64,000 nucleotides of DNA from Candidatus Staskawiczbacteria bacterium RIFOXYB1_FULL_37_44 (GTDB lineage: Bacteria; Patescibacteriota; Minisyncoccia; Minisyncoccales; Staskawiczbacteraceae): assembly GCA_001822065.1 (NCBI GenBank), contig MHPJ01000015.1, positions 7,186-71,185 of the forward strand, read 5' to 3'. Made by a program: the position numbers and the translations under genes. Position 1 is the first letter of the stretch. Every line of letters starts with the position of its first letter. The notes beneath the pieces are model-generated. The model did no database searches. It was given only the letters and a program-made list of their open reading frames with translations, and was not told the DNA's origin. Below are positions 50,491 to 60,875 of this stretch, piece by piece.

Positions 50491-52658
50491 TGGAAAAAGG
50501 GAAATTTTTTGTGTTTGAGGGCATAGACGGATGTGGCAAAGCAACTCAAACAAGATTATTGACGGAGTATTTTGGGCAAGAGGGTTTTGACGTGGAAAAA
50601 ATTGATTTTCCCCAGCACGGAGAGCGGTCTTCTGCTATGGTTGACGATTATTTGACTGGAAAATATGGAGAATCAAAATCTGTGCCGGAAAAGGTTGCCT
50701 CAATTTTCTACGCAACAGACAGATATGATGCCAGCTTCAAAATTAAAAAATGGTTAGATGAAGGAAAAATTGTGGTTTCGGACAGATATTTGGTTTCAAA
50801 CATCGGGCACCAAGGTGGAAAGGTTGTAAATGACGCAGAAAAATGGAAAAATTATGTAAATTGGCTGTATGATTTGGAATACGGAATTTTCGGAATTCCA
50901 AAACCAGACTATACTTTTATTTTGAAAACTTCGGCGGAGTTTTCAATGAAATTGGCAAATAAAATAACTGACCCAGAAAAAAAACAGACAAGAATAAACT
51001 ATTTGGGCGATGATAAAAAACAGGATATACACGAAAAAGACGGAAGCCATTTGGAAAACGCCCTAAAGTCTTATTTAATTGCGGCGAAAGAATTTCCAAA
51101 CGATTTTGCAGTTGTGGAATGCTTGGAAAATGGAGAAATGCTGCCCGCTGAAATTATAAATAAAAAAATAATAAATATAATTGAAAATAAGAAAAAAATT
51201 ATGCCAGCAGAAAGACGAATTTATGCGTTGCCGAATAATTTAATGCCCGAAGTAAAAGCGGTAACTTTTGCCAAGTGTTCAAGGTCGGCGGAACCTTTTG
51301 ATAAAATTGCGCAGGAACTTACCGATGAAAAGTCAGCCGAATTCCATGAAAAGTGGGTGGTGGGTTTTGGACATTCGTCAATTGCCGAGCATGCAGTAAT
51401 TTCTTTGGCAGTTGAAAATGTTTCAAACATTGCCACAAAAGTTATTGAAGATTCGAGGCTGGCTTCTTTTACAGAAAAATCTTCGCGCTACCAAATTTTC
51501 AACAAAGACAAATTGTATATGCCAGAAGGAATAATGAATTCTGATTTAAAAGATATATATTTGAATGCTGTAAATTTATTAATGGATGCTTATGAAGAAA
51601 TGACAGCGCCTATGATGGATTTTGTAAAACAAAAATATCCAAAACCCGATGATCAAGATGAAAAGCTTTACAATATGGTTTCAAAAGCCAGAGCCTGCGA
51701 TAATTTGAGATATTTATTGCCTTCTGCTGTTTTAACAAATCTGGGAATGACAATTAACACAAGAGAACTCGAACATTTAATTGCAAAATTATTATCGCAT
51801 CCACTAAAAGAAATGCAGGATATTGGAAAAGAAATGAAAGAAAAAGCAATGGAAGCGGTTCCTACTTTATTAAAATTTGCAAACAAAAATAATTATATTG
51901 CTGAAACAAAAAAGCAGTTGTCAAATATTGCAAAATGGGAATTGGGTAGGGAAGCGGGAAATAACCAAGCAGTAACAATTGTGAATTATGATAAAGACGC
52001 AACAGATAAATTAATTGCAGGAATTTTATATCCGTATTCCGATTTGTCGTATGAAGAAATTGCGAGGAAAGTTAAGAATTTGCCAAACGATAAAAAAGAA
52101 AAAATAATTGATGAAACGTTGAGCCGCAGAGAAAAGTTTGACCAGCCTTTGCGCGAGCTTGAGCACATCTATTATACCTTTGATATTTTGCTTGATTACG
52201 GAGCATTTCGCGATGTTCAGCGCCACAGAATGTGCACGCAATCAAACCAGCCCGTAACTGTAGTGCATGGATACGATTTACCGCCCGAAATTCGCGAAGC
52301 GGGTTTTGAAGACAAATTTAGGGCAGTGGTGGAAAAAGCAGCCGATGCTTTTCAAAAAATTTATGAGAAATTTCCAGATGAAGCGCAATATGTTGTTCCA
52401 ATGTGTTTTAGAAAACGAGTTTTAATCACCTGGAATTTGCGCGAATTGCATCACTTTATTTCCTTACGGTCTGGCAAGAAAGGCCATGCATCTTACCGCA
52501 GAATCGCGCAAGAGTGCTGGAAAAAATTAAATGAAATCCAGCCTTTGCTGGCAAAATATATCCGCTGCGATATGGATGAAATGTCTGTTTCATGGGCAGC
52601 CTCGTTGGAAAACAAAGATTTTTACTACAACCCCTACGCCGCCCGCGTAAAATCCTAG
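50490..52658 (+). CDS. Fusion: thymidylate kinase plus tandem (pseudo-dimeric) flavin-dependent thymidylate synthase ThyX
   Basis: Tmk: FFVFEGIDGCGKATQ, DRY. ThyX-like domain 1: GFGHSSIAEH...SRLASFTEKSSRY (RHR replaced). ThyX-like domain 2: FRDVQRHRMCTQS...NLRELHHFISLRSG..GH. Confidence 0.8.
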   Translation: MEKGKFFVFEGIDGCGKATQTRLLTEYFGQEGFDVEKIDFPQHGERSSAMVDDYLTGKYGESKSVPEKVASIFYATDRYDASFKIKKWLDEGKIVVSDRYLVSNIGHQGGKVVNDAEKWKNYVNWLYDLEYGIFGIPKPDYTFILKTSAEFSMKLANKITDPEKKQTRINYLGDDKKQDIHEKDGSHLENALKSYLIAAKEFPNDFAVVECLENGEMLPAEIINKKIINIIENKKKIMPAERRIYALPNNLMPEVKAVTFAKCSRSAEPFDKIAQELTDEKSAEFHEKWVVGFGHSSIAEHAVISLAVENVSNIATKVIEDSRLASFTEKSSRYQIFNKDKLYMPEGIMNSDLKDIYLNAVNLLMDAYEEMTAPMMDFVKQKYPKPDDQDEKLYNMVSKARACDNLRYLLPSAVLTNLGMTINTRELEHLIAKLLSHPLKEMQDIGKEMKEKAMEAVPTLLKFANKNNYIAETKKQLSNIAKWELGREAGNNQAVTIVNYDKDATDKLIAGILYPYSDLSYEEIARKVKNLPNDKKEKIIDETLSRREKFDQPLRELEHIYYTFDILLDYGAFRDVQRHRMCTQSNQPVTVVHGYDLPPEIREAGFEDKFRAVVEKAADAFQKIYEKFPDEAQYVVPMCFRKRVLITWNLRELHHFISLRSGKKGHASYRRIAQECWKKLNEIQPLLAKYIRCDMDEMSVSWAASLENKDFYYNPYAARVKS

Positions 52659-52716
52659 CAATTAAAAAACAGCTTGAAATAAGAGCTGTTTTTTAGTATA
52701 TTAAATTAATAAATAT

Positions 52717-54177
52717 ATGGCGTATAAACCAACAATTGGGCTTGAAATTCATGCGGAGCTAAAAACGCAGAGCAAAATGTTTTGTAGTTGCAAAAATGAC
52801 GCAGATGAAAAACGGCCAAATTTTAATATCTGCCCTGTTTGCACAGCTCAGCCGGGCGCGCTTCCGGCGGCAAACGAGGAAGCAGTAAAAATGGTTATAA
52901 AAACCGGGCTGGCTTTAAATTGTGAAATTGCAAAAAATTCAAAGTTTGACAGGAAAAATTATTTTTATCCGGATTTACCGAAAGGATATCAGATAAGCCA
53001 GTATGATCAACCCTTGTGTATGGGTGGATTTTTGGATATTAGCGGTAGAAAAATACGAATTACAAGAATACATTTAGAGGAGGACACCGGGAGTTTGGTG
53101 CACCCCGATGGCGCAGAATATTCTTTAGTTAATTTAAATAGGGCAGGGGTTCCTTTAATGGAATTGGTTACAGAGCCCGATATAGCTTCGGGAAAAGAGG
53201 CAAGGGAGTTTGCAGAAGAGCTTCAGGCGATTTTTAAATATTTGGAAATTTCTGATGCTGATATGGAAAAAGGCTTGATGCGAGTTGAGGTAAATATCAG
53301 TGTTAGCGATAGCCATAAATTGGGGACAAAAGTTGAAATTAAAAATTTGAACTCGTTTAAAGTTGTAGAAAAAGCAGTTGATTTTGAAATTAAGAGGCAG
53401 GCAGATTTATTAAGTGGTGGAGAAAAAATAGTACAGGAAACCCGCGGTTGGAACGATAAAAAAGAAATTACGTTTTCCCAAAGAGAAAAAGAAGAAGCTC
53501 ACGATTACAGATATTTTCCCGAACCCGATTTGCTTGCGATGAATTTTACGAGCGATTATATCGAAAAAATAAAAACAGAAATTCCCGAATTACCGGAGCA
53601 AAAAAGGGCGAGATTTAAAAAAGAATACGGCATGGACGGAGATCCGGCGGAATTTTTTGTGGCAAATAAAGATTTGAGCGAATATTTTGAAGAAGTAGTT
53701 TCAGAATTTGAGGAATGGACACAAGAAGACGATAATCATAAAAAAGCAAGTAAATTAGCAGCCAACTACTTAATTTCTGACGTGCAGGGGTTATTAGCCG
53801 GCAAGGAATTTTCCGCCCAAAGCGGACCAGCTTCGGGCTGGAAAATTACTGCAGAAAATTTTGCTGAGTTTATTAAGATGATTTATAAAAATGAAATTTC
53901 CAGTAAGGTTGCAAAAATGGTTTTGCTTGAAATGTTTAATACGGGAGGCGACCCGTCAAGCATTGTTGAAGAAAATAATTGGGGCCAAATGTCTGACAAC
54001 GGCGAGCTGGAAAAAATTATAAAAGAAATTATTTCAAAAAATCCAAAAGCAGTTGCAGATTACCATGCCGGCAAGCAAAACTCTTTGCAATTTTTGGCCG
54101 GTCAAGTAATGGCTGTAACTCGCGGCACCGCCAAGCCCGAAAGGGCGCAGGAGTTGCTAAAGAAATTGCTGGACTAA
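52717..54177 (+). CDS. gatB: Asp/Glu-tRNA amidotransferase subunit B
   Basis: IGLEIHAEL, NICPVC...PGALP, DRKNYFYPDLPKGYQISQ, HLEEDTG. Confidence 0.95.
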   Translation: MAYKPTIGLEIHAELKTQSKMFCSCKNDADEKRPNFNICPVCTAQPGALPAANEEAVKMVIKTGLALNCEIAKNSKFDRKNYFYPDLPKGYQISQYDQPLCMGGFLDISGRKIRITRIHLEEDTGSLVHPDGAEYSLVNLNRAGVPLMELVTEPDIASGKEAREFAEELQAIFKYLEISDADMEKGLMRVEVNISVSDSHKLGTKVEIKNLNSFKVVEKAVDFEIKRQADLLSGGEKIVQETRGWNDKKEITFSQREKEEAHDYRYFPEPDLLAMNFTSDYIEKIKTEIPELPEQKRARFKKEYGMDGDPAEFFVANKDLSEYFEEVVSEFEEWTQEDDNHKKASKLAANYLISDVQGLLAGKEFSAQSGPASGWKITAENFAEFIKMIYKNEISSKVAKMVLLEMFNTGGDPSSIVEENNWGQMSDNGELEKIIKEIISKNPKAVADYHAGKQNSLQFLAGQVMAVTRGTAKPERAQELLKKLLD

Positions 54178-55044
54178 ATTTTTCGTTTCTTTATAGCTTT
54201 TAATCCACTTTATTTTTTTGTCCGCGTTAAACCATGTTATCTGGCGTTTGGCATAATGCCATGTGTTTATTTTCATTTCTGCTGTTGCCTTTTCTAAAGT
54301 TTTTTTATTTTTTAAAAAATCAATAATTTCCCTGTATCCAATGGCGTCAAAAGCCTGCTGTTTTGAGCCATATTTATTTATCAAATTTTCAACTTCATTT
54401 ACTAGCCCGTTTTTTATCATTTCATCAACGCGTAAATTTATTCTGTCTTTTAAATTTTCGTTCGGGACGCTTATTCCTATCTCTAAAATATCAAAGAGAG
54501 GCATGCCGGATTTCCGTTGTTGGGAAAATGGCTTTTTTGTGAGGAGCGTAATTTCCAAAGCTCTTATGACTCTTCTTGGATTTTTAGCATCTATAACATA
54601 AGCTGCTTCCGGATCAAGTTTTACTAATTTTTGGAAAATATATTCTAGCCCCTTTTCTTTAACCTCTTTTTCAATTTTCGCGCGCAAAAGGGGATTAGCC
54701 TTTATTTTTGGAATATCTAAATTTTCTACAATAGCCTTAACATAAAGCCCCGTTCCTCCGGTTAAAATGGGGAGTTTGCCTCTTTTTTGGATATCTCTAA
54801 TTATTTTAACAGCATCTTTTTTATATTCAGCCACAGTGTACGCCCTGTTCGGATTTTTAATATCTAAAAGCCAGTGGGGAATTTCCCGTAAATCTAACGG
54901 CTTAGCCGTACCGATGTCCATTTCTCTATAAATTTGCCGCGAGTCAGCCGAAACAATCTCAGCATTATATTTTTTGGCAAGTTTTATTGAAAGCTCAGTT
55001 TTTCCCGAAGCAGTCGGTCCAACTATAACTATTAATTTATTCAT
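54157..55044 (-). CDS. miaA: tRNA dimethylallyltransferase
   Basis: IVGPTASGKT P-loop, SADSRQIYREMDIGTAKP, GGTGLY. Confidence 0.9.
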   Translation of the reverse strand: MNKLIVIVGPTASGKTELSIKLAKKYNAEIVSADSRQIYREMDIGTAKPLDLREIPHWLLDIKNPNRAYTVAEYKKDAVKIIRDIQKRGKLPILTGGTGLYVKAIVENLDIPKIKANPLLRAKIEKEVKEKGLEYIFQKLVKLDPEAAYVIDAKNPRRVIRALEITLLTKKPFSQQRKSGMPLFDILEIGISVPNENLKDRINLRVDEMIKNGLVNEVENLINKYGSKQQAFDAIGYREIIDFLKNKKTLEKATAEMKINTWHYAKRQITWFNADKKIKWIKSYKETKNLVQQFL

Positions 55045-56141
55045 TTTTTATTCACTAGATTTATCAAAATTTTTTCACGGCGCTTTTTTTCTGCCCAAGC
55101 TACATCATCTTTCATTTTTGCGGCTGCGGTTCCCTCGCGCGGGGAGTACTTGTTTATAAAAGCAACGCCATACCCTATTTCTTTTAATGTTTTTACTGTG
55201 TTGTTAAATTGTTTTTTTGTTTCGCCCGGAAAGCCCACAATTATGTCTGTAGAAAGTCTGATGTTTGGCAAAGCTTTTCTGATTTTTTTTACCAGATTTT
55301 TATATTGCAAAACCGTGTATGGCCGGTTCATTCTTTTTAAAACTTCGTCGTCGCCAGACTGGATCGGTAAATTTAAATCCGTTGAAAGCTTTTTACATTT
55401 TACCATTGTTTCGATTAATTCATCTGAAAAATCTTTTGGGTGGCTGGTGGTAAAATTCAAAACGAATTCGCCGGAAATATCATTTACCATTTTTAACAAT
55501 TTTGGAAAATTTATGGCTTGTCCTGAGCCCGTCGAAGGGTCTTTGTAGGAATTAACATTCTGTCCAATCAGCCAGATTTTTTTGTAACCTTTTTTGATAA
55601 GATTTTTTATTTCCGTAATAACTTCTTTTGCCGGCCTTGAAATTTCTCTACCTCTTGTGTGCGGCACAACGCAATAGGAGCAAAAATTGTTGCACCCCGT
55701 CATTATCGGAACATTGGCCGAAAATTTATTTGAATATTTTGGAGTAACATCAAAATAATTGTTACTATTTCTTAGCTGTGCAAAATTTTCACGATCGTGA
55801 ATTTTATGTATAGCTGGCTTTTTTAAGATTTTTGGCCAATTTGGCAAATCCTTTATATTGAAAACATAATCAAAAATTTTTGAAAATTTATTTTCGTCTT
55901 TTTTCAAAATACAGCCGGCTAAAATTGTGGTTATTTCCTTTTTATTTTTTTTTAGTTTTTCAACCAATCCATAAATGCGATCAATCGCCGGCTGTCTTAC
56001 CGAACAGGCGTTTATTACAATCAAATCAGCTTCGCTAATTTCTTCGGCTGGCTTGTATCTCATACTCCCTAAAACAGCGGCGATTCTTTCAGAATCGCTT
56101 AAATTCATCTGGCAGCCATAAGTAACCACATAGTATTTCAT
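55041..56141 (-). CDS. miaB: Radical-SAM methylthiotransferase (MiaB-like)
   Basis: Start at MKYYVVTYGCQMN (UPF0004 domain). Radical-SAM CNNFCSYC. Overlaps miaA by 4 nt. Confidence 0.8.
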   Translation of the reverse strand: MKYYVVTYGCQMNLSDSERIAAVLGSMRYKPAEEISEADLIVINACSVRQPAIDRIYGLVEKLKKNKKEITTILAGCILKKDENKFSKIFDYVFNIKDLPNWPKILKKPAIHKIHDRENFAQLRNSNNYFDVTPKYSNKFSANVPIMTGCNNFCSYCVVPHTRGREISRPAKEVITEIKNLIKKGYKKIWLIGQNVNSYKDPSTGSGQAINFPKLLKMVNDISGEFVLNFTTSHPKDFSDELIETMVKCKKLSTDLNLPIQSGDDEVLKRMNRPYTVLQYKNLVKKIRKALPNIRLSTDIIVGFPGETKKQFNNTVKTLKEIGYGVAFINKYSPREGTAAAKMKDDVAWAEKKRREKILINLVNKK

Positions 56142-56309
56142 TAGAATACTATAACATTGCAAAATGGTTTTTTCAAGCCCACCTATTGACAACGTCATTA
56201 TAATATGCTATACTTAATTTAGTACATTGACCTTGATAAATAATAAAATTACGGGTTTTTGCCGTTCGGCAAAAACCCGTAATTTTTGAAAAAACTCCAA
56301 CTTGCTTTA

Positions 56310-57323
56310 CTATATTGTTTTTTCGGAAACACATTTTCCTTCTATGCATTTAACTGCGGGAGGGCATTTCGCTGTTCCGTCATCTTTTTGAATGCAGGGC
56401 GACATTATTTGCGGGCAGTCGCTGTCTGTTGTGCAAATCTTTTGGCCGTTTGCAGGAAATATTTTGCAACTGAAATTTATTGCGCATTCCTTTGAGTCTC
56501 TTTCAACTTTCACTATTCCTCCTTTGCAAAAATCAGCAACCGGTTTTGTAACAGCAGGGCAATTCTTTTCACCATTTTTTTCTGTTGCTTTTTCTATTAA
56601 TTTATCATTTACTTTTTCTCTTACGTTCTCTTTTATGCCCTCTAATTTTTCTTTTACATTATCTGGCATTTTGTTTTTAATCCTTTCTAAAACTTCAGGA
56701 TTGTTAGAATCTCCATTTTGCAGGGCATTTTTAATTTTTTCCGCAACTTTTTCTTTATTGTCTTCCAGTTTTGTCATCACTTCTTTAAATCTTTCCAGGT
56801 GTTTTTCTCTGGCGTCTTTGATTTTTTGCAAAACATCTTTTGGAACTTGGCCTTCCAATTTTTGCAGGATTTTTTCGTGCAGGACCTGCTGATTGGTGAA
56901 TTTTTCCAAAAACTTATTTACGTTTTCATCTTTTGACGCTTTCTCTTTTATTGTGTCTGCCCGTTCTTTTATTTTGGCCATTGTCTGCTCGTATTTTTCA
57001 GTTGCTTTTTTCAGTATATCCGGGCTTGCTTTTCCTTCTTCAACTAATTTTTTTAATTCCAGCAGCCGTTCGTTTGAAAATTTTTGTTCAAGTTCGGTTT
57101 TTTTAAGCTGGCCGAACGCAAAAAAAGACTGCACTCCGCGACTCCATTCTTTCAAAAAATAAAACGGGTTGTTGGGAAGCAGGTTTTGGTCTGAAGTTCC
57201 CAGATCGCTTGCCGATATTTGTGTTTCTGTCGCCTGGCTGTCTGGCGTTTCTTCTGCAACGGCATTCGCGCCAAATGATGCCATAAGACAAACAATAACC
57301 GCTATTAAAATAATTTTTTTCAT
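56310..57323 (-). CDS. Secreted coiled-coil protein with Cys-rich C-terminus
   Basis: Signal peptide MKKIILIAVIVCLMASFGANA, a long Lys/Glu helical region, and about 12 Cys in the last 90 aa. Confidence 0.65.
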   Translation of the reverse strand: MKKIILIAVIVCLMASFGANAVAEETPDSQATETQISASDLGTSDQNLLPNNPFYFLKEWSRGVQSFFAFGQLKKTELEQKFSNERLLELKKLVEEGKASPDILKKATEKYEQTMAKIKERADTIKEKASKDENVNKFLEKFTNQQVLHEKILQKLEGQVPKDVLQKIKDAREKHLERFKEVMTKLEDNKEKVAEKIKNALQNGDSNNPEVLERIKNKMPDNVKEKLEGIKENVREKVNDKLIEKATEKNGEKNCPAVTKPVADFCKGGIVKVERDSKECAINFSCKIFPANGQKICTTDSDCPQIMSPCIQKDDGTAKCPPAVKCIEGKCVSEKTI

Positions 57324-57357
57324 ATTTTTATATTATTAATTTTATTATTGCCGACCT

Positions 57358-58977
57358 TTAGCGCATTTCTTCTTTGCGTTCTTTAATAAAGTAGCGCCAT
57401 TTTTCTATAAACTCAACAAAGGCAGAAAAAGGCATATCAATTAATGCGTTAAAAAATGCGGCAAGAGCGTTGTATCTTTTCCATTTATTAGAGATCCATT
57501 GTCCAAGGCCGTGCATTGGCAGAAAAAAGACATCGGAAACAAAACTGAAAAATCCCTCTTTTTCATCTTCCATTGTGAGCTCTTGCGCCCGTTTTGAGAC
57601 CGCCGTTCCAGCGAACAAAATTAAAGCGATAAAGATAATGTCTATTAGAATCGAGGTGATGGGAAAGCCCAACCCTTTTAAAATTAAAAAAATCGTTCCA
57701 AAAGTTATAAAGGCCGAAAAGACGTAAATCAGCGACAAAATGGTTTTCATTGTTGCGCCTCTTTTTTTTCTCATTTTTATTTCATATGTATCGCCGGTTT
57801 CTTTTTTGTAGGCAATTTTCATTGTTTCAATAATAACAATGTTTATATTTTTTCTTGAAGGCCGTTTGATTAACGAGACCATTACAAACATTAAAGCTGT
57901 CGGTATTAGCACATCGGCAGAAAGCGCCAGCGCGTTTAGCTTGCTTCCAATTACTTCTTCAATTATCGCTTCCAAGAGAACCAAAGATAAAACCTTGGTT
58001 GCAAAAATTGAAATTGTAGAATAAACAGCTGCTCTGGAAATTCTAGCCTTTAATGTGGACATGCGCTTTGAGTAAGCTTCTTTTATATAGTTCTCCAAAA
58101 CAGACGGTTCTGAAATTTGTTTTCCGGTTTCAGCGCCATTACTTGCCGACAATATGTCTCCCATTAATAAATAGGGCGTGTCGTACTTTTCGCATATATT
58201 ATAAAATTTATTGGCAACAGGATTTGCCAAATCCTCTTCGGTTTTTTGCCATATTTTAAATATCTTTTGGGAAATTTCCAGAATTAATTGCTGGCCTCCC
58301 TTGTCCCATTCGGGGTATCTATATTTTATTAAGTGATAGCTTATTATTGATTTGTCCAGCTTAAAAAGCGCCTGGCATACAGCAATATATATTTGAACAT
58401 ATGTAAAATCTTTTTTTAAAAGCCCCGACTCGTAAATTTTATCGGAAACTCGGATTTTTTCTTTCATTGCTGAAAACATATAATCTATTAGGGCCATTTC
58501 TCTGACAGCCGGCGCTAAAGTTTCTTCTATTTCGCAGGCGCATACTTCTATTAACCAATTGTAAAATTGCAGCCCGGCCTTGCCCTGCTTGTTTTCGGGA
58601 TTATTTTTTAATATAAAAATATACTTGTTTATTATATTTTGGACGCTGTTTATTTTAAATTCTTCAATTTTATCATTGGGAAAGTGCCCGCCGCGAATTA
58701 ATTCCAAAACCAAAGATTCCGCAACGCCATCGGCAGAAGAATAATTGTTCATTTCTAAGTCAAAAAATCTTCTTTTTAACTTTCTTATAATTGCGGCTCT
58801 CCGCATTAAATGCTCTTCTTTCCAGTCAACAATTGTCCTTATCTGCTCGTAAAAAGCCGCTACACGCAAAGCAACCTCGTCAACGTGTATTGTTGGGGAA
58901 TCCGGATTTTGAGCATCGCGTTTTTTTGCTAAAGCGTACTGTGATATGAGTTTTTTTGTGGCTTCGGATAGTTCCAT
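57358..58977 (-). CDS. Membrane protein of unknown function (539 aa)
   Basis: N-terminal soluble region of about 320 aa followed by 4-5 TM helices. No recognisable motif. Confidence 0.6.
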   Translation of the reverse strand: MELSEATKKLISQYALAKKRDAQNPDSPTIHVDEVALRVAAFYEQIRTIVDWKEEHLMRRAAIIRKLKRRFFDLEMNNYSSADGVAESLVLELIRGGHFPNDKIEEFKINSVQNIINKYIFILKNNPENKQGKAGLQFYNWLIEVCACEIEETLAPAVREMALIDYMFSAMKEKIRVSDKIYESGLLKKDFTYVQIYIAVCQALFKLDKSIISYHLIKYRYPEWDKGGQQLILEISQKIFKIWQKTEEDLANPVANKFYNICEKYDTPYLLMGDILSASNGAETGKQISEPSVLENYIKEAYSKRMSTLKARISRAAVYSTISIFATKVLSLVLLEAIIEEVIGSKLNALALSADVLIPTALMFVMVSLIKRPSRKNINIVIIETMKIAYKKETGDTYEIKMRKKRGATMKTILSLIYVFSAFITFGTIFLILKGLGFPITSILIDIIFIALILFAGTAVSKRAQELTMEDEKEGFFSFVSDVFFLPMHGLGQWISNKWKRYNALAAFFNALIDMPFSAFVEFIEKWRYFIKERKEEMR

Positions 58978-58984
58978 ATGCGGG

Positions 58985-59091
58985 TGTCATTGCGAGCGAA
59001 GTTCGCCCTTTGGGGCGACGAGTGTGGCAATCCATGAGTTCGTGAATATACTATAGGTTGCCGCGTCGCCTGCTGGCTCCTCGCAATGACA
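58985..59091. repeat. MITE/REP-like palindromic element (termini tgtcattgcgag / ctcgcaatgaca)
   Basis: 12-nt perfect terminal inverted repeats at 58985-58996 and 59080-59091. Internal hairpin tcgccc-tttg-gggcga. Confidence 0.75.
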
Positions 59092-59097
59092 AGATAT

Positions 59098-60861
59098 TTA
59101 TTTTTTAGATTTTATTTCTTCGCTAATTTTTTCTACGAATTTTTCCATTTGCATCTGTCCCACGTCACCCTTTCCACGTTCACGAACGGAGATATGCTGC
59201 CCTTGGGCTTCTTTGTCGCCCAAAATTAACAAATATGGAATTTTTTGCATTTCAGCTTCGCGGATTTTTTTGCCCAAAGTTTCGTTTTCATTTTTTATTT
59301 CAACTCTGATATTTATATTTTTTAATTCTTCAGCAACTTTTTTTGCATACTCAAAATGCTTTTCCGAAATTGGAATTACCGCAACCTGAATAGGGGACAG
59401 CCACACCGGAAACGCCCCAGCATAGTGTTCAATTAAAAATCCAATTGTTCTCTCATGAGTTCCGAGAGGTGCTCGATGAATGCAAATCGGCGTTTTTTGC
59501 TGGCCACTTTTATCGATGTAGGTTAGGCCGAATCTTTCGGGCACTGCAAAATCTACCTGGTTTGTCGCCAGAGTAAACTCTCTGCCAATGGCAGACCAAA
59601 CTTCCACGTCAATTTTTGGGCCATAGAAAGCAGCTTCGTTTGCCACTTCCTTGAACGGAATTTTTTCTTTAATTAAAATATTTCGCACCATTGCTTCGGT
59701 TTTTTTCCACAACCCTTCATTGTCAATATATTTTTTTCCAAGTCCTTCTTTTGAGTGAGTGCTTAAGCGCATTACATATTTTTCAATTCCAAAAATTTTG
59801 AAATACTCTAAGTATAATTTTACAACAGCCAAAAATTCTTCGGCGAATTGTTCTTCTGTGCAATATATATGAGCATCATTCATTTGCATTGACCGCACAC
59901 GCATCAAGCCAAACAATTCTCCAGACTTTTCGTAGCGATAGCACATTCCGTATTCCGCCAGTCGTAACGGCAAATCTTTATAACTTTTTTGTTCGGTTAA
60001 AAAAATCTGGTGATGATGAGGGCAGTTCATCGCCTTTAAATAATATTTTACTTTTTTTCCTTCTTCCTCCAAAATCATTGGTGGAAACATTGTGTCCGCG
60101 TAATACGGTAAATGTCCTGAAGTTTTGTACATTATTTCTTTTGCAACGTGCGGAGTTTTTACCTGTAGATATCCGCCTTTGTCTTCCATTTCTCTGGCAA
60201 GTTTCTCTAATTCTTGGATAATTATTGTTCCATTAGCCAGCCACAAGGGTAATCCAGGGCCGACCATTTCTGAAAAAGTAAAAAGTTTTAAATCTTTTCC
60301 AAGTTTTCGGTGGTCGCGTTTTTCGGCTTCTTCCTGCATTTTTACATAATCTTGCAGTTCTTTTTCTGTTTCAAAAGCCAGGCCATAAATTCTTGTCAGC
60401 ATTTTATTTTTTTCATTTCCTTTCCAATAAGCTCCCGCAATTTTTGTGAGCTTAAACCCAACATTTTCTTTTGCCTGCCCTGAACGAAGCTGAAGGGTGT
60501 TTTTAATGTGCGGGCCTTTGCATAAATCAACAAATTCTCCATTCTGAAAAATGGAAACAGTTTGGCCAGGCAAGTCTTTTATAAGTTCTAGCTTATATGG
60601 CTGAATGGCAAATAATTTTTTTGCTCTTATTTTTGAAATTTCTTGCTTTTTAAATTTTTGCTTTTGCAGAATCAGTTCTTTCATTCTTGCCTCAATTTTT
60701 TCTAAATCTTTTTCTTCCAGTGGTTTTGACATTTGAAAATCGTAGTAGAATCCATTTTCAATTGCCGGCCCCATTCCCAGCTTTGTTTTCGGCCAAATTT
60801 CCAAAACGGCCTGCGCCATTATGTGGGCAAGCGAATGCCGTATTTTTTCAATATTTTCCAT
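59098..60861 (-). CDS. thrS: Threonyl-tRNA synthetase (no N-terminal TGS domain)
   Basis: Starts at the HSLAH editing/SAD region. Class II motifs (FRYEKSGEL-like CYRYEKSGEL, HRAPLGTHERTIGFLIEH). Anticodon-binding C-terminus. Confidence 0.95.
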   Translation of the reverse strand: MENIEKIRHSLAHIMAQAVLEIWPKTKLGMGPAIENGFYYDFQMSKPLEEKDLEKIEARMKELILQKQKFKKQEISKIRAKKLFAIQPYKLELIKDLPGQTVSIFQNGEFVDLCKGPHIKNTLQLRSGQAKENVGFKLTKIAGAYWKGNEKNKMLTRIYGLAFETEKELQDYVKMQEEAEKRDHRKLGKDLKLFTFSEMVGPGLPLWLANGTIIIQELEKLAREMEDKGGYLQVKTPHVAKEIMYKTSGHLPYYADTMFPPMILEEEGKKVKYYLKAMNCPHHHQIFLTEQKSYKDLPLRLAEYGMCYRYEKSGELFGLMRVRSMQMNDAHIYCTEEQFAEEFLAVVKLYLEYFKIFGIEKYVMRLSTHSKEGLGKKYIDNEGLWKKTEAMVRNILIKEKIPFKEVANEAAFYGPKIDVEVWSAIGREFTLATNQVDFAVPERFGLTYIDKSGQQKTPICIHRAPLGTHERTIGFLIEHYAGAFPVWLSPIQVAVIPISEKHFEYAKKVAEELKNINIRVEIKNENETLGKKIREAEMQKIPYLLILGDKEAQGQHISVRERGKGDVGQMQMEKFVEKISEEIKSKK

Positions 60862-60875
60862 TGTTTTATATTATT

